DNA of 64,000 nt, taken from positions 19,213-83,212 of the forward strand of contig JAFQEJ010000003.1 in NCBI GenBank assembly GCA_017399105.1, written 5' to 3'. Shown piece after piece: positions 8,800-16,904 of this stretch. This DNA is from Clostridia bacterium. GTDB taxonomy: Bacteria; Bacillota; Clostridia; Oscillospirales; CAG-272. Made by a program: the position numbers and the translations under genes. Each line of letters opens with the position of its first letter. Position 1 is the stretch's first letter. The notes under the pieces are model-generated. The model ran no database searches and was not told where the DNA came from. It worked only from the letters and a program-made list of their open reading frames with translations.

Positions 8800-9731
8800 C
8801 AAATCCCTTCCCCTATTCCGACTCAAATAAACGTTACCATACCTACGATTACCACCTCCGCAGCCTCCACGGCACAAAGTGCTGTAAAATCCCCCTGGAC
8901 GGCGGCTTCACCTGCCCCAATATCGACGGCACCAAATCAAAGGGCGGCTGTGTCTACTGCTCAGCCAGAGGAAGCGGCGATTTCACCGCCGGACGGGATA
9001 AATCCATCCCCGAGCAGTTCGCTGTCATGCGCGAGATCATGCACCGCAAATGGCCGTCTGCCCGCTTTGTCGCCTATTTCCAGGCGTTCACCAATACCTA
9101 TGCCCCCGTCCATGTCCTCCGCACCAAATTCGAGGAAGCCATCGCCCAGCCCGACGTGGTCGCCCTCAATATCGCCACCCGCCCCGATGCCCTCCCCGAT
9201 GACGTGGTCGCCTACCTGCGCGAGCTGTCGGAGCGCATCGACCTGACGGTGGAGCTGGGACTTCAATCCTCCTCGGATGAAACCGCCGCCCTCATCAATC
9301 GCGGTCATACCTTCGCTGATTTTGTGGAAGGCTTCGAAAAGCTGCGAGGTATCAAAACCTGCGTCCATATCATAAACGGGCTCCCCGGCGAGGATAAAGC
9401 CGCCATGCTGAAAACCGCCCGCGACCTGGCATCCCTCCACCCCCACAGTGTCAAAATCCACCTGCTCCATGTCTTAAAAAATACCACCCTCGCCGACTGG
9501 TACCGGGAGCATCGCTTCGACTGCCTCACCCTCGAGGACTATGTGGATATCACAATCTCCCAGCTGGAGCTTCTCCCTGCCGATATCGTCATCGGCAGAC
9601 TCACCGGTGACGGAGCCGAAGCCGACCTCATCGCCCCCCTCTGGTCAAAGAAAAAAGTCATCGTCCTGAACGAAATCGATAAAGCCATGGCTGCCCGCAA
9701 TACCTGGCAGGGACGCCTTGCCGAGAATTAA
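8796..9731 (+). CDS. radical SAM protein, TIGR01212 family
   Basis: KIPLDGGFTCPNIDGTKSKGGCVYCS motif and family-typical length. The start overlaps the upstream stop (ATGA). Confidence 0.85.
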   Translation: MTNPFPYSDSNKRYHTYDYHLRSLHGTKCCKIPLDGGFTCPNIDGTKSKGGCVYCSARGSGDFTAGRDKSIPEQFAVMREIMHRKWPSARFVAYFQAFTNTYAPVHVLRTKFEEAIAQPDVVALNIATRPDALPDDVVAYLRELSERIDLTVELGLQSSSDETAALINRGHTFADFVEGFEKLRGIKTCVHIINGLPGEDKAAMLKTARDLASLHPHSVKIHLLHVLKNTTLADWYREHRFDCLTLEDYVDITISQLELLPADIVIGRLTGDGAEADLIAPLWSKKKVIVLNEIDKAMAARNTWQGRLAEN

Positions 9732-9884
9732 CGCCCGCCCCCGACAGCATTGACCGAAGCTAAGACGCTGCAGCCATTCTCACAGCGATACACCAAACCA
9801 TCAGAAAGGCTCATGACCGCCCCCATTGCCCATGTAACATTCATCATCATCTCGCTCCACCCCCGAACGAAAGGATCTTTCACC

Positions 9885-10355
9885 GTGCAAAAGAATCATC
9901 CTACACCAACCACCGATATTCACTATATGCGCCTCGCCCTCGAGCTTGCCCGCGAAGCTGCCGCCGACGGAGAAGTCCCCGTGGGTGCCCTCATCGTCCA
10001 AAAGGGTGAGATCATCGCCGCCGCCCGCAACCGCCGCGAAAAGGGGAAGAGTGCCCTCCTCCACGCCGAGCTCGAAGCCATCGGCATCGCCTGTGAGAAG
10101 CTGGGCGGCTGGCGTCTGCCCGACTGCACCCTCTATGTCACCCTCGAGCCCTGCCCCATGTGCGCCGGTGCCATTGTCAATTCCCGCATCCCCCGCATCG
10201 TCTTCGGTGCAGGCGATCCCCGTGCAGGTGCCTTCGGCTCAATGCTCGACCTGCGTAACTATCCCCTCGGTCATAAACCCGAGATCACCCGCGGCATCCT
10301 GCAGGAAGAATGCGCCGCCCTCCTCCGCGATTTCTTTAAATCCAGACGCAAATAA
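9885..10355 (+). CDS. tadA: tRNA adenosine(34) deaminase
   Basis: HAE..(CDA motif) and TLEPCPMCAGA zinc-binding motifs. The GTG start at 9885 was chosen after the RBS gaaagga, giving 156 aa. The longer ORF from 9750 is unlikely. Confidence 0.85.
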   Translation: MQKNHPTPTTDIHYMRLALELAREAAADGEVPVGALIVQKGEIIAAARNRREKGKSALLHAELEAIGIACEKLGGWRLPDCTLYVTLEPCPMCAGAIVNSRIPRIVFGAGDPRAGAFGSMLDLRNYPLGHKPEITRGILQEECAALLRDFFKSRRK

Positions 10356-10382
10356 CCCCGGAGAATCCTTCTGTGCCCCCAC

Positions 10383-10559
10383 TTATCCACAGAATTTCAG
10401 GTTCTCCACATTTTTCTGTGGAAAATAGAACTATTGTTCGCTTTTGTTTTCCACACTTTGAACATCTTTTCCACAACCTGCAACAAATCGCTCAAAGTTT
10501 TCCACAACGCATCCATTTGTTCGCCTTACTTTTTCCACATTACGAACATCTTTTCCACA
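10383..10559. promoter_or_regulatory. cluster of eight DnaA boxes
   Basis: TTATCCACA at 10383 (perfect match). One-mismatch boxes are TTCTCCACA at 10402, TTTTCCACA (rc) at 10417, and TTTTCCACA at 10447, 10467, 10498, 10531 and 10551. Confidence 0.8.
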
Positions 10560-10599
10560 GCTTGCGACAAAATCGCCCCTTTTTGCCCCCTTGCTAGCT

Positions 10600-10790
10600 G
10601 TACTATATTAGTGTAGCTGTATAACTAAATCCTTAGTACAGACTATAGATCTGTAGTTATATATAATTTATTATTTATTCTTTTTCTTTTTTAAATAAAA
10701 AATATAATTAAGCTAAACTTTATATACCACCAAATCAATTCTTATACAGTAGCAAAATGGATTTATTTACAAAAAAGATACAATAAAGAG
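10600..10790. other. strongly AT-rich tract adjacent to the DnaA-box cluster (candidate DNA-unwinding element)
   Basis: About 190 bp with very low GC in a GC-rich genome. It contains repeated CTGTA/TACAG words and A/T runs and has no ORF. Confidence 0.5.
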
Positions 10791-10839
10791 CCACGGACAT
10801 GCCGTGACCCTTAAAATTTCATTCGGTTCGGATGCGCTC

Positions 10840-12321
10840 TTATCTGGCAGCTGCATACTTCTCGTTGAATTTATCGAATGCCTTCTGATAAACCTTGGTC
10901 TGCTTCTCGATGAGAGAGGTGATATCCTCCCTGTCCTGGAAGATGTTGTACATCAGCAGTCCCGCATCGGCAAGGCTGTTGGAATAGATAAGCAGCGGCT
11001 CGAAAACGGTGCCCTCAATGAGCAGGTCGCACATCTTCTTGGAGCCCTCGTCGCGGCTGTACTTCTCCTTCAGCGCAATGTCAAGGTAGGCAGGCGTTAC
11101 TGTGCGGTAGCTCTCGGCAGCCATCGCCTCGGTCACAGCACCGACCATCTCCAGATCCTGGGTTGTAATCGGTACACAGAGCAGTGAATAGTTATCATGG
11201 GAAATGGTGTGATACTTCTCCTGTGTCTCATCATACTTGGGATAGGGCACAAAGCCGAAATCCGACTCCATATCGCGGAAAATCGAGGTGGAAAGGAAGC
11301 GCTCGGGATAGAAGAGACAACGGTCATTGACAAAAACCGTAACCTCCTGCTGACGGTCAGCAAGCAGCGTCTTCATGGAGAAGGCAGCCGGTGAATTGTG
11401 CATGAAATCGTAGACTCTCTTGTAAACATCCACAAACTTATCGTTGTAGATGGTGAGCACCAGATTGCCCTCATCGTCAAACTCGGTCAGATCAATTTCT
11501 GTGGAGGTGAGGAATGCGTTGAAGGAAAGCGTCGCAACGCCGTACATGTCGTTCACATCATAGGTGGAGTTGCCGTCCAGATCCTGAGTCACGCTCGATG
11601 CGATGTTGATGTAGTTCTCCAGCGTCCATGTGCCGTTGAAAACCATCTCATACAGATCGGGAATCTGATACTCCTCAGCCACCGACTTGTTGAAATAGAT
11701 GCAGAAAATCTCGGAAATCAGCGAGAGCGAATAGTCGCCGCTCATAAAGTAGAGCACATCGTTGATGACCAGCTTATCCATGATCGAATCGGGCCACCAG
11801 GGCATCTCAAAATCGATGTGGGGCAGATCCTGCAGGTCGATGAAGTAGCCCTCCAGCGCCAGAGGCGTGATGTAGTAGGCATAAGCCGCCGCAATATCGT
11901 AAACCGACAGATCAGCCTGAATGTTCTTCTTGACCGTGTTGTTGTAGTCAGCCTTCTCCACAAGAACAGACTCGATGGAGACGCCAAGACGCTCCGCCAC
12001 GCTCATATTCTTCTCATAAATGGCATCGTTAACCACGTCGCCGGTCTGCTTTTCCACCACAATCTCGCCGCCTTCAAAATAATCGTCGCTGCGGCAGAGC
12101 ACACGGTAGCTGTCACCGTCAAATTTGAGCGTGGGATCCAGCGTGTCGGGATAATTCGCGCGGGTGAGCTCGGTCTCGACAGCCTCAGATTCAGCAGCAG
12201 CCGCCGCCGTTGTCACAGCACTGCCCTCATCCTCGACAGGCTCCGAGCAGGATACCACCGTCATCAGTATCATCAAAACCGCCAGCATCAGCGCAGCAAT
12301 GCGATTGAATGAATTCTTCAT
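10840..12321 (-). CDS. ABC-transporter extracellular solute-binding lipoprotein (large ~495-aa sugar-binding type), orphan copy 1
   Basis: Lipobox in MKNSFNRIAALMLAVLMILMTVVSC. It is a paralogue of 22124-23608 and 52841-54328 (shared ..PYPKYDE.QE.YHT... block). RBS is aaaggag. Confidence 0.8.
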   Translation of the reverse strand: MKNSFNRIAALMLAVLMILMTVVSCSEPVEDEGSAVTTAAAAAESEAVETELTRANYPDTLDPTLKFDGDSYRVLCRSDDYFEGGEIVVEKQTGDVVNDAIYEKNMSVAERLGVSIESVLVEKADYNNTVKKNIQADLSVYDIAAAYAYYITPLALEGYFIDLQDLPHIDFEMPWWPDSIMDKLVINDVLYFMSGDYSLSLISEIFCIYFNKSVAEEYQIPDLYEMVFNGTWTLENYINIASSVTQDLDGNSTYDVNDMYGVATLSFNAFLTSTEIDLTEFDDEGNLVLTIYNDKFVDVYKRVYDFMHNSPAAFSMKTLLADRQQEVTVFVNDRCLFYPERFLSTSIFRDMESDFGFVPYPKYDETQEKYHTISHDNYSLLCVPITTQDLEMVGAVTEAMAAESYRTVTPAYLDIALKEKYSRDEGSKKMCDLLIEGTVFEPLLIYSNSLADAGLLMYNIFQDREDITSLIEKQTKVYQKAFDKFNEKYAAAR

Positions 12322-12436
12322 GATAATCTCCTTTGTAACTTTTTTGTGGCTATATTGTATCATATTTCCCCAATTTCGTAAATCATAAAAAGAAAAAATA
12401 TCAATTTTTATGACTTTTTCGTCAATAATTGCGAAT

Positions 12437-12468
12437 AAAAAAGTCACAGGTATATTTCAACCTGTGAC
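12437..12468 (-). terminator. rho-independent terminator after yoeB (copy 1 of a duplicated hairpin)
   Basis: Reverse complement reads GTCACAGGTTGAAATATACCTGTGAC followed by TTTTTT. Confidence 0.7.
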
Positions 12469-12484
12469 CAATAACATCAACCTG

Positions 12485-12754
12485 TTATTTATCTCTGTAA
12501 TGAGAGCCACACTGAATACTGAATAATATAAATACTGCCTCCTTGATTTTATACACAATTCGGTTGCAGTCATCAATCCGCCTGCTCCAATAACCGCCAA
12601 GATCGCCCACAAGCGGCTCCGGCTTGCCGATCCTCTCATACCCGCCGCGCTCAATGTCGCGAATTAGCTGGTTGATGCGTTTCAGCGTCTTTTTATCCTG
12701 CGCCTGCCAGTATAGGTAGTCATCCCATGCGTCATCATGCCAGATTTTAAGCAT
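12485..12754 (-). CDS. yoeB: type II toxin, YoeB/Txe family
   Basis: MLKIWHDDAWDDYLYWQAQDKKTLKRINQLIRDIERG..GKPEPL....GYWSRRID..NRIVY with a C-terminal ..HY. It overlaps the antitoxin stop by 8 nt. Confidence 0.9.
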   Translation of the reverse strand: MLKIWHDDAWDDYLYWQAQDKKTLKRINQLIRDIERGGYERIGKPEPLVGDLGGYWSRRIDDCNRIVYKIKEAVFILFSIQCGSHYRDK

Positions 12755-13019
12755 TTTCTCCGTCCTCGATCAACTCATGGACCGTGCCCTTCCCCACTTC
12801 GATTTCAGCCGCAGCCTTTTTCAACCGAGCAGTATTCTCAGCGCTGTAAAAGGGATCACTGTCCAGCGCAATCTCAAAGGGAATCCGACGCTCCCTGACC
12901 ACGGTTTTCGCAAAAATATTAATCGCCGTAGACATATTCATGCCAACCGCATTGCAGAAGCTGTCAAACTGCTTCTTTAATTCCTCATCCATACGAATGT
13001 TGATGTTCGTCTGTCCCAT
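12747..13019 (-). CDS. type II antitoxin, RelB/DinJ-type RHH N-terminus with a YoeB-neutralising C-terminus
   Basis: TNINIRMDEELKKQFDSFCNAVGMNMSTAINIFAK.. is a DinJ-like RHH. The C-terminal DPFYSAENTARLKKAAAEIEVGKGTVHELI follows. RBS gagagg lies 8 nt before the ATG at 13019. Confidence 0.85.
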   Translation of the reverse strand: MGQTNINIRMDEELKKQFDSFCNAVGMNMSTAINIFAKTVVRERRIPFEIALDSDPFYSAENTARLKKAAAEIEVGKGTVHELIEDGENA

Positions 13020-13091
13020 GATCATCACCTCTCTTATTATATATACATTGTATCACATTATATGCACAATGTCAATACTTATAACGCAAAC

Positions 13092-13121
13092 AAAAGTCAC
13101 AGGCATATCTCAACCTGTGAC
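13092..13121 (-). terminator. rho-independent terminator after the EF-G-like gene (copy 2 of the duplicated hairpin)
   Basis: Reverse complement reads GTCACAGGTTGAGATATGCCTGTGAC followed by TTTTGTTT. It is 28/30 identical to 12439-12468. Confidence 0.7.
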
Positions 13122-13226
13122 TTTGCATTTCCAATCAAATCAGGGCACGCTCATCCGCCACCCTCGTGGTACGCGGAATCAGCTTTGTATACCTAACGCC
13201 GATACAGGCCGTGCACCTGCAAGGTG

Positions 13227-15296
13227 CTAGTCCTCGTCCTTCTGTGCTTCAGCGATGATCTTCTGAGCAACGGGAGCGGGAGCTTCCTCGTAGCGTGTGA
13301 AGTAGAAGGTAAAGCTGCCTCTGCCCTGGGACATTGCGCGCAGAGAAATGGTGTAGTCGGTCATCTCGGAGATCGGAACCTCAGCCTCAACCATCTGATA
13401 ACCCTTCTTGTTCGGGATCGCGTTCATGCCGAGAACTCTGCCGCGGCGCTTGTTTACGTCACCGATAACATCACCAACGAGAGAATCCGGAACGACAGCC
13501 TTCAGCTCACCAATCGGCTCGAGGATAACGGGGTTCGCCTTGGCAAGACCGTCCTTGTATGCAAGCGATGCAGCCAGCTTGAACGCCATTTCCGAAGAGT
13601 CAACGTCGTGGTAGGAGCCGTCATAAAGATCAGCCGCCAGATTAACAACAGGGAATCCTGCGAGAACGCCCTTCTGCATTGCCTCGATCAGACCCTTTTC
13701 AACTGCGGGGAAGAAGCCCTTCGGAACGCTTCCGCCGACAACAGACTCGGTGAAGGTAAGTCCCTCAGCCTCGCCCGGCTTGAAGGTGATCTTGACATGA
13801 CCGTACTGACCGTGACCGCCCGACTGCTTTTTGTGCTTGCCTTCAGCCTGAACAGTCTTCTTGATGGTCTCACGGTATGCAATCTTCGGCTTAACGAGAT
13901 CAACGCTGGTGCCGTAGCGAGATTTCAGCTTGGAAACAACAACATCCAGATGAATGTCGCCAAGACCCGAGATGCAAAGCTGCTTGGTCTCTGCGTTGTT
14001 CTCGAAACGGAGTGTGCGGTCTTCCTCGAGAAGCTTGGTAATACCCGAGGAGATTTTATCTTCATCGCCCTTCGCCTTGGGCACAACAGCCATCTTCATG
14101 AAGGGTTCGGGATATGCTATGGGCGCATACTTGATGTCCTCAGCCGAGGTGGTGAGAGTATCGCAGGTGTTGGTAGCATTCAGCTTTGCAATGACACCGA
14201 TATCGCCGCAGCAGAGGGTATCAACCTCGGTCTGCTTCTTGCCGCGGATGGTGTAAATCTTCGCCATCTTCTCCTGCGCGCCGGTGGTGGTGTTGCGGAG
14301 CGTCATGGTGTTGTTCAGCTCACCGGTCATAACCTTGAAGTAGGACATCTTGCCTACGAAGGGGTCAGCAACCGTCTTGAATACAAAGAGCGAGGTGGTG
14401 GTATCGTCAGCAGCAATGGCGATCTCTTCGCCGTCAGCACTCATCTCCACCTTCTTTGCGGTGTGTCTGGGATAGGACTCGGCAATGACATCGAGCAGCG
14501 TCTCAACGCCCCACATCTTGAGTGCGGAGCCGCAGATAACAGGAGCGATGGTACCGTCAATAATACCCTGATGGATGGCTTCCATTGCTTCATCGCGGGT
14601 GATTTCCTCGCCGCCGAAGTATTTTTCCATCAGCTCGTCCGAGGTCTGAGCGATCGACTCATAGAGAATGTCGCGGTATTCGTTTGCAACCGGCATGAAT
14701 TCCTCGGGAATGGAGCCCTCGGAGTGAGCACCGGTCTTGTCGTAAACATACGCCTTCATGTCAACCAGGTTGAGGAAGCCGATAACAGCGTTGCCTTCGA
14801 TCATCGGGATGATGATGGGGCAGACAGAAACGCCGAAGGCATCCTTGAGCTGTCCGAACACTCTTGCAAAGCGAGCCTCGGGATCGTCAAACTTGTTGAT
14901 GAAGAAGGACTTGGGAATGCCGGCTTCGGTTGCATAGTCCCATGCCAGCTGAGCGCCGACCTCAACGCCCGACTTGCCGTCGATGCAGATGAGAGCGTTG
15001 TCGGCTACGCGGATGCCCTGCAGCTCTTCGCCCACGAAGTCGAGGTAACCGGGTGTATCTATAATATTGATCTTGATATCCTTCCACATGACCGGTGCGA
15101 GTGCGCCCTGAAGCGAGAAGCCGCGCTTGATTTCTTCGGGATCGTAGTCGCAAACAGTGTTGCCCTCGGAGGGTTTGCCGAGACGGTCGGACGCATGACT
15201 TAAATAGAGCATTGCTTCGGCAAGCGAAGTCTTTCCGCTGCCGCCGTGTCCGATCAGGCAGATATTTCTGATTTGCTTGGTAAGAATCTTGTCCAT
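13227..15296 (-). CDS. elongation factor G family GTPase (EF-G2-like paralogue)
   Basis: G1 motif GHGGSGKTS, DTPG, NKFD, and full five-domain length (689 aa). The P-loop style matches EF-G2-type rather than canonical AHIDAGKTT. Confidence 0.8.
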   Translation of the reverse strand: MDKILTKQIRNICLIGHGGSGKTSLAEAMLYLSHASDRLGKPSEGNTVCDYDPEEIKRGFSLQGALAPVMWKDIKINIIDTPGYLDFVGEELQGIRVADNALICIDGKSGVEVGAQLAWDYATEAGIPKSFFINKFDDPEARFARVFGQLKDAFGVSVCPIIIPMIEGNAVIGFLNLVDMKAYVYDKTGAHSEGSIPEEFMPVANEYRDILYESIAQTSDELMEKYFGGEEITRDEAMEAIHQGIIDGTIAPVICGSALKMWGVETLLDVIAESYPRHTAKKVEMSADGEEIAIAADDTTTSLFVFKTVADPFVGKMSYFKVMTGELNNTMTLRNTTTGAQEKMAKIYTIRGKKQTEVDTLCCGDIGVIAKLNATNTCDTLTTSAEDIKYAPIAYPEPFMKMAVVPKAKGDEDKISSGITKLLEEDRTLRFENNAETKQLCISGLGDIHLDVVVSKLKSRYGTSVDLVKPKIAYRETIKKTVQAEGKHKKQSGGHGQYGHVKITFKPGEAEGLTFTESVVGGSVPKGFFPAVEKGLIEAMQKGVLAGFPVVNLAADLYDGSYHDVDSSEMAFKLAASLAYKDGLAKANPVILEPIGELKAVVPDSLVGDVIGDVNKRRGRVLGMNAIPNKKGYQMVEAEVPISEMTDYTISLRAMSQGRGSFTFYFTRYEEAPAPVAQKIIAEAQKDED

Positions 15297-15731
15297 AGGT
15301 ATGAGTCCCCTTTACTGTAAAATGCACTGTGGGTTTTCCCACAAGATATGCGTCATCGTGGAAAAATATATTAGGTATTATCACAACAACTAAAGTTATT
15401 ATACTCCTTTTTTTTGTGATATGCAAGAGGTATTTTCAACTTTTCGTATGGTCAGCGTAAAAATATACGAAAGTTTTTTGTGCATTCTGCCCAACTTCGC
15501 CGACATTTGATCCGATTCGCCCTCCGACAGCCCGGCAAATCCAAAATGGAAATTCTTCACGCCGATAAGCCGCATCCGATTCATTTGCCCCTCCCACAGC
15601 CGCGTACCACAAAAAATTCCCAAATATCACATCGTTTTACCTTGATAATTTATGACAAATCCTTTACAATAATCATATAATTGTGCAGTTATACACATTC
15701 TCAATACACCCTTTCGAAAGGAGACGCAACC

Positions 15732-16859
15732 ATGACCAACCGTGAATTATTTAAAAATTATGTAAAAAACGGCGGCAAGGACTTTATCTGCTCACCTCAG
15801 ATCGGTGCCGGTGCCGGCTTTGATACCCGTCTTGCCGGCAAGACCTGGATGACCGCCACCACCATGGAGGACACAGTAAACGCCTGCCGTCAGTTCGATA
15901 TGATCCCCCTCTACAACCTGGGTCTGCCCGATGTTTCCCAGCTTGTTTCCTCGGTGCAGATAACCGGCGAGATGACCGAAAGCGAAGGCGGCAAGCGCAA
16001 AAACTACAACAACACCTTCAAGTGCCCCCTCGGCGAGCTTTACTCCCGCATGATCGACGAGGAGCTCAAGGGTGCCTGCCCGGTAGAATTTTATGTAAAG
16101 GAAGAAGAGGATCTTGATATCCTCGAATATTACCTCGATGCGCTGCTTGAGGTGAAGGATTTCTCTCTCATTGAAAACGGCGTGCGCGGCTGCCGCAATT
16201 TCATCGGTGAGGACGAGGCTATGGACATTCAGTGGGCAATGCAGCCCTATGAGCTGATGGGCTTTCCCTCCACCATGGATACTGCGATTCTTGCCTCTGT
16301 AGCCGAGGAACAGTGCCGTCGCCTGATGGACAAAATCCTGCAGCTGGACGAATATCTCATTGACGCGGCGGCAAAGGGCGGCACCGACTTTGTATTCCTT
16401 GGCGGTCCCGGCTCCGAGATGATCTCTCCCAATTATTACGAAAACTTCCTCGTGCCCTATTCCAAGCAGGTGACCGAGATGGTACATAAGGCAGGTCTGC
16501 TTGTCTACACCCACATCTGCTCGCCCATCGAGCCGATGCTGACCAATGGCTACTACAACCAGATGGGTATCGATCTCTTCGAGACTCTCTCCGAAGCGCC
16601 GGTGGGCAATGTCAAGAGCATCGAGGACGCCTTCACCAAGCTCTCCCCCGAGATCTGTACCAGAGGCAACATCGGCCTTGACGCTCTGCTCAACGAAACC
16701 CCCGAGCAGGTCTACGAGCGCGCATGGAAGATTCTCGATGCGGCGAAGAAGATGGGACGCAAGCATATTCTGGCAGCATCCGACTATATGTTCTACGATA
16801 CCAAGACCGAGAATGTTCACGCTATGTGCAAAGCGGTGAGGGAGTTTAACGCGCAGTAA
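15732..16859 (+). CDS. uroporphyrinogen decarboxylase (URO-D) family protein
   Basis: TIM-barrel URO-D/MtaA-like C-terminal half (..FVFLGGPGSEMISP..Y..F..PY...) at about 375 aa. RBS is gaaaggag. Confidence 0.6.
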   Translation: MTNRELFKNYVKNGGKDFICSPQIGAGAGFDTRLAGKTWMTATTMEDTVNACRQFDMIPLYNLGLPDVSQLVSSVQITGEMTESEGGKRKNYNNTFKCPLGELYSRMIDEELKGACPVEFYVKEEEDLDILEYYLDALLEVKDFSLIENGVRGCRNFIGEDEAMDIQWAMQPYELMGFPSTMDTAILASVAEEQCRRLMDKILQLDEYLIDAAAKGGTDFVFLGGPGSEMISPNYYENFLVPYSKQVTEMVHKAGLLVYTHICSPIEPMLTNGYYNQMGIDLFETLSEAPVGNVKSIEDAFTKLSPEICTRGNIGLDALLNETPEQVYERAWKILDAAKKMGRKHILAASDYMFYDTKTENVHAMCKAVREFNAQ

Positions 16860-16904
16860 ACCAGTATACATTGCAGCAAAAAGTAAGACAAGGAGAATAC
16901 AACT

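Noticed and set aside
10383-10790. Calling this region the chromosomal oriC outright
   Set aside because: No dnaA, dnaN or rpmH is in the window, and the flanking genes converge on the site instead of diverging. It is kept as a finding (DnaA-box cluster plus AT tract) but not annotated as the origin.
10356-10840. SRP RNA (ffs/scr), which often follows tadA in Firmicutes
   Set aside because: I looked for the conserved domain IV sequence (..GGTGCTGTTTACCAGGTCAGGTCCGGAAGGAAGCAGCC..-like) and found nothing resembling it. The spacer is occupied by the DnaA boxes and the AT-rich tract.
12437-13121. An integron gene cassette (attC-flanked) interpretation of the TA module
   Set aside because: The flanking hairpins are only about 30 nt, lack the GTTRRRY/RYYYAAC core sites, and function well as ordinary terminators. 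No intI gene is nearby.
13224-15203. 659-aa ORF on the plus strand, and similar long antisense ORFs at 15792-17411, 24572-25969, 28750-29919, 33072-34067, 38278-39207, 44735-46219, 48133-49134, 50725-52878 and 57844-58755
   Set aside because: Each lies exactly opposite a gene with strong family motifs. The translations are low-complexity (G/A/V/D/L-rich) with no RBS. These are typical shadow ORFs in GC-rich DNA.
13227-15296. Tet(M)/Tet(O)-type ribosomal protection protein
   Set aside because: The length (689 aa) and P-loop (GHGGSGKTS) fit EF-G2-type paralogues, not the about 640-aa Tet(M) family (AHVDAGKTT). There is no mobile-element context.
15297-15731. A riboswitch or T-box in the 430-bp region between the divergent EF-G-like and URO-D genes
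   Set aside because: I found promoter-like hexamers and one imperfect hairpin, but no specifier or T-box sequence and no conserved riboswitch core that I could recognise. This is left as ordinary divergent promoter space and is mentioned under the URO-D finding.
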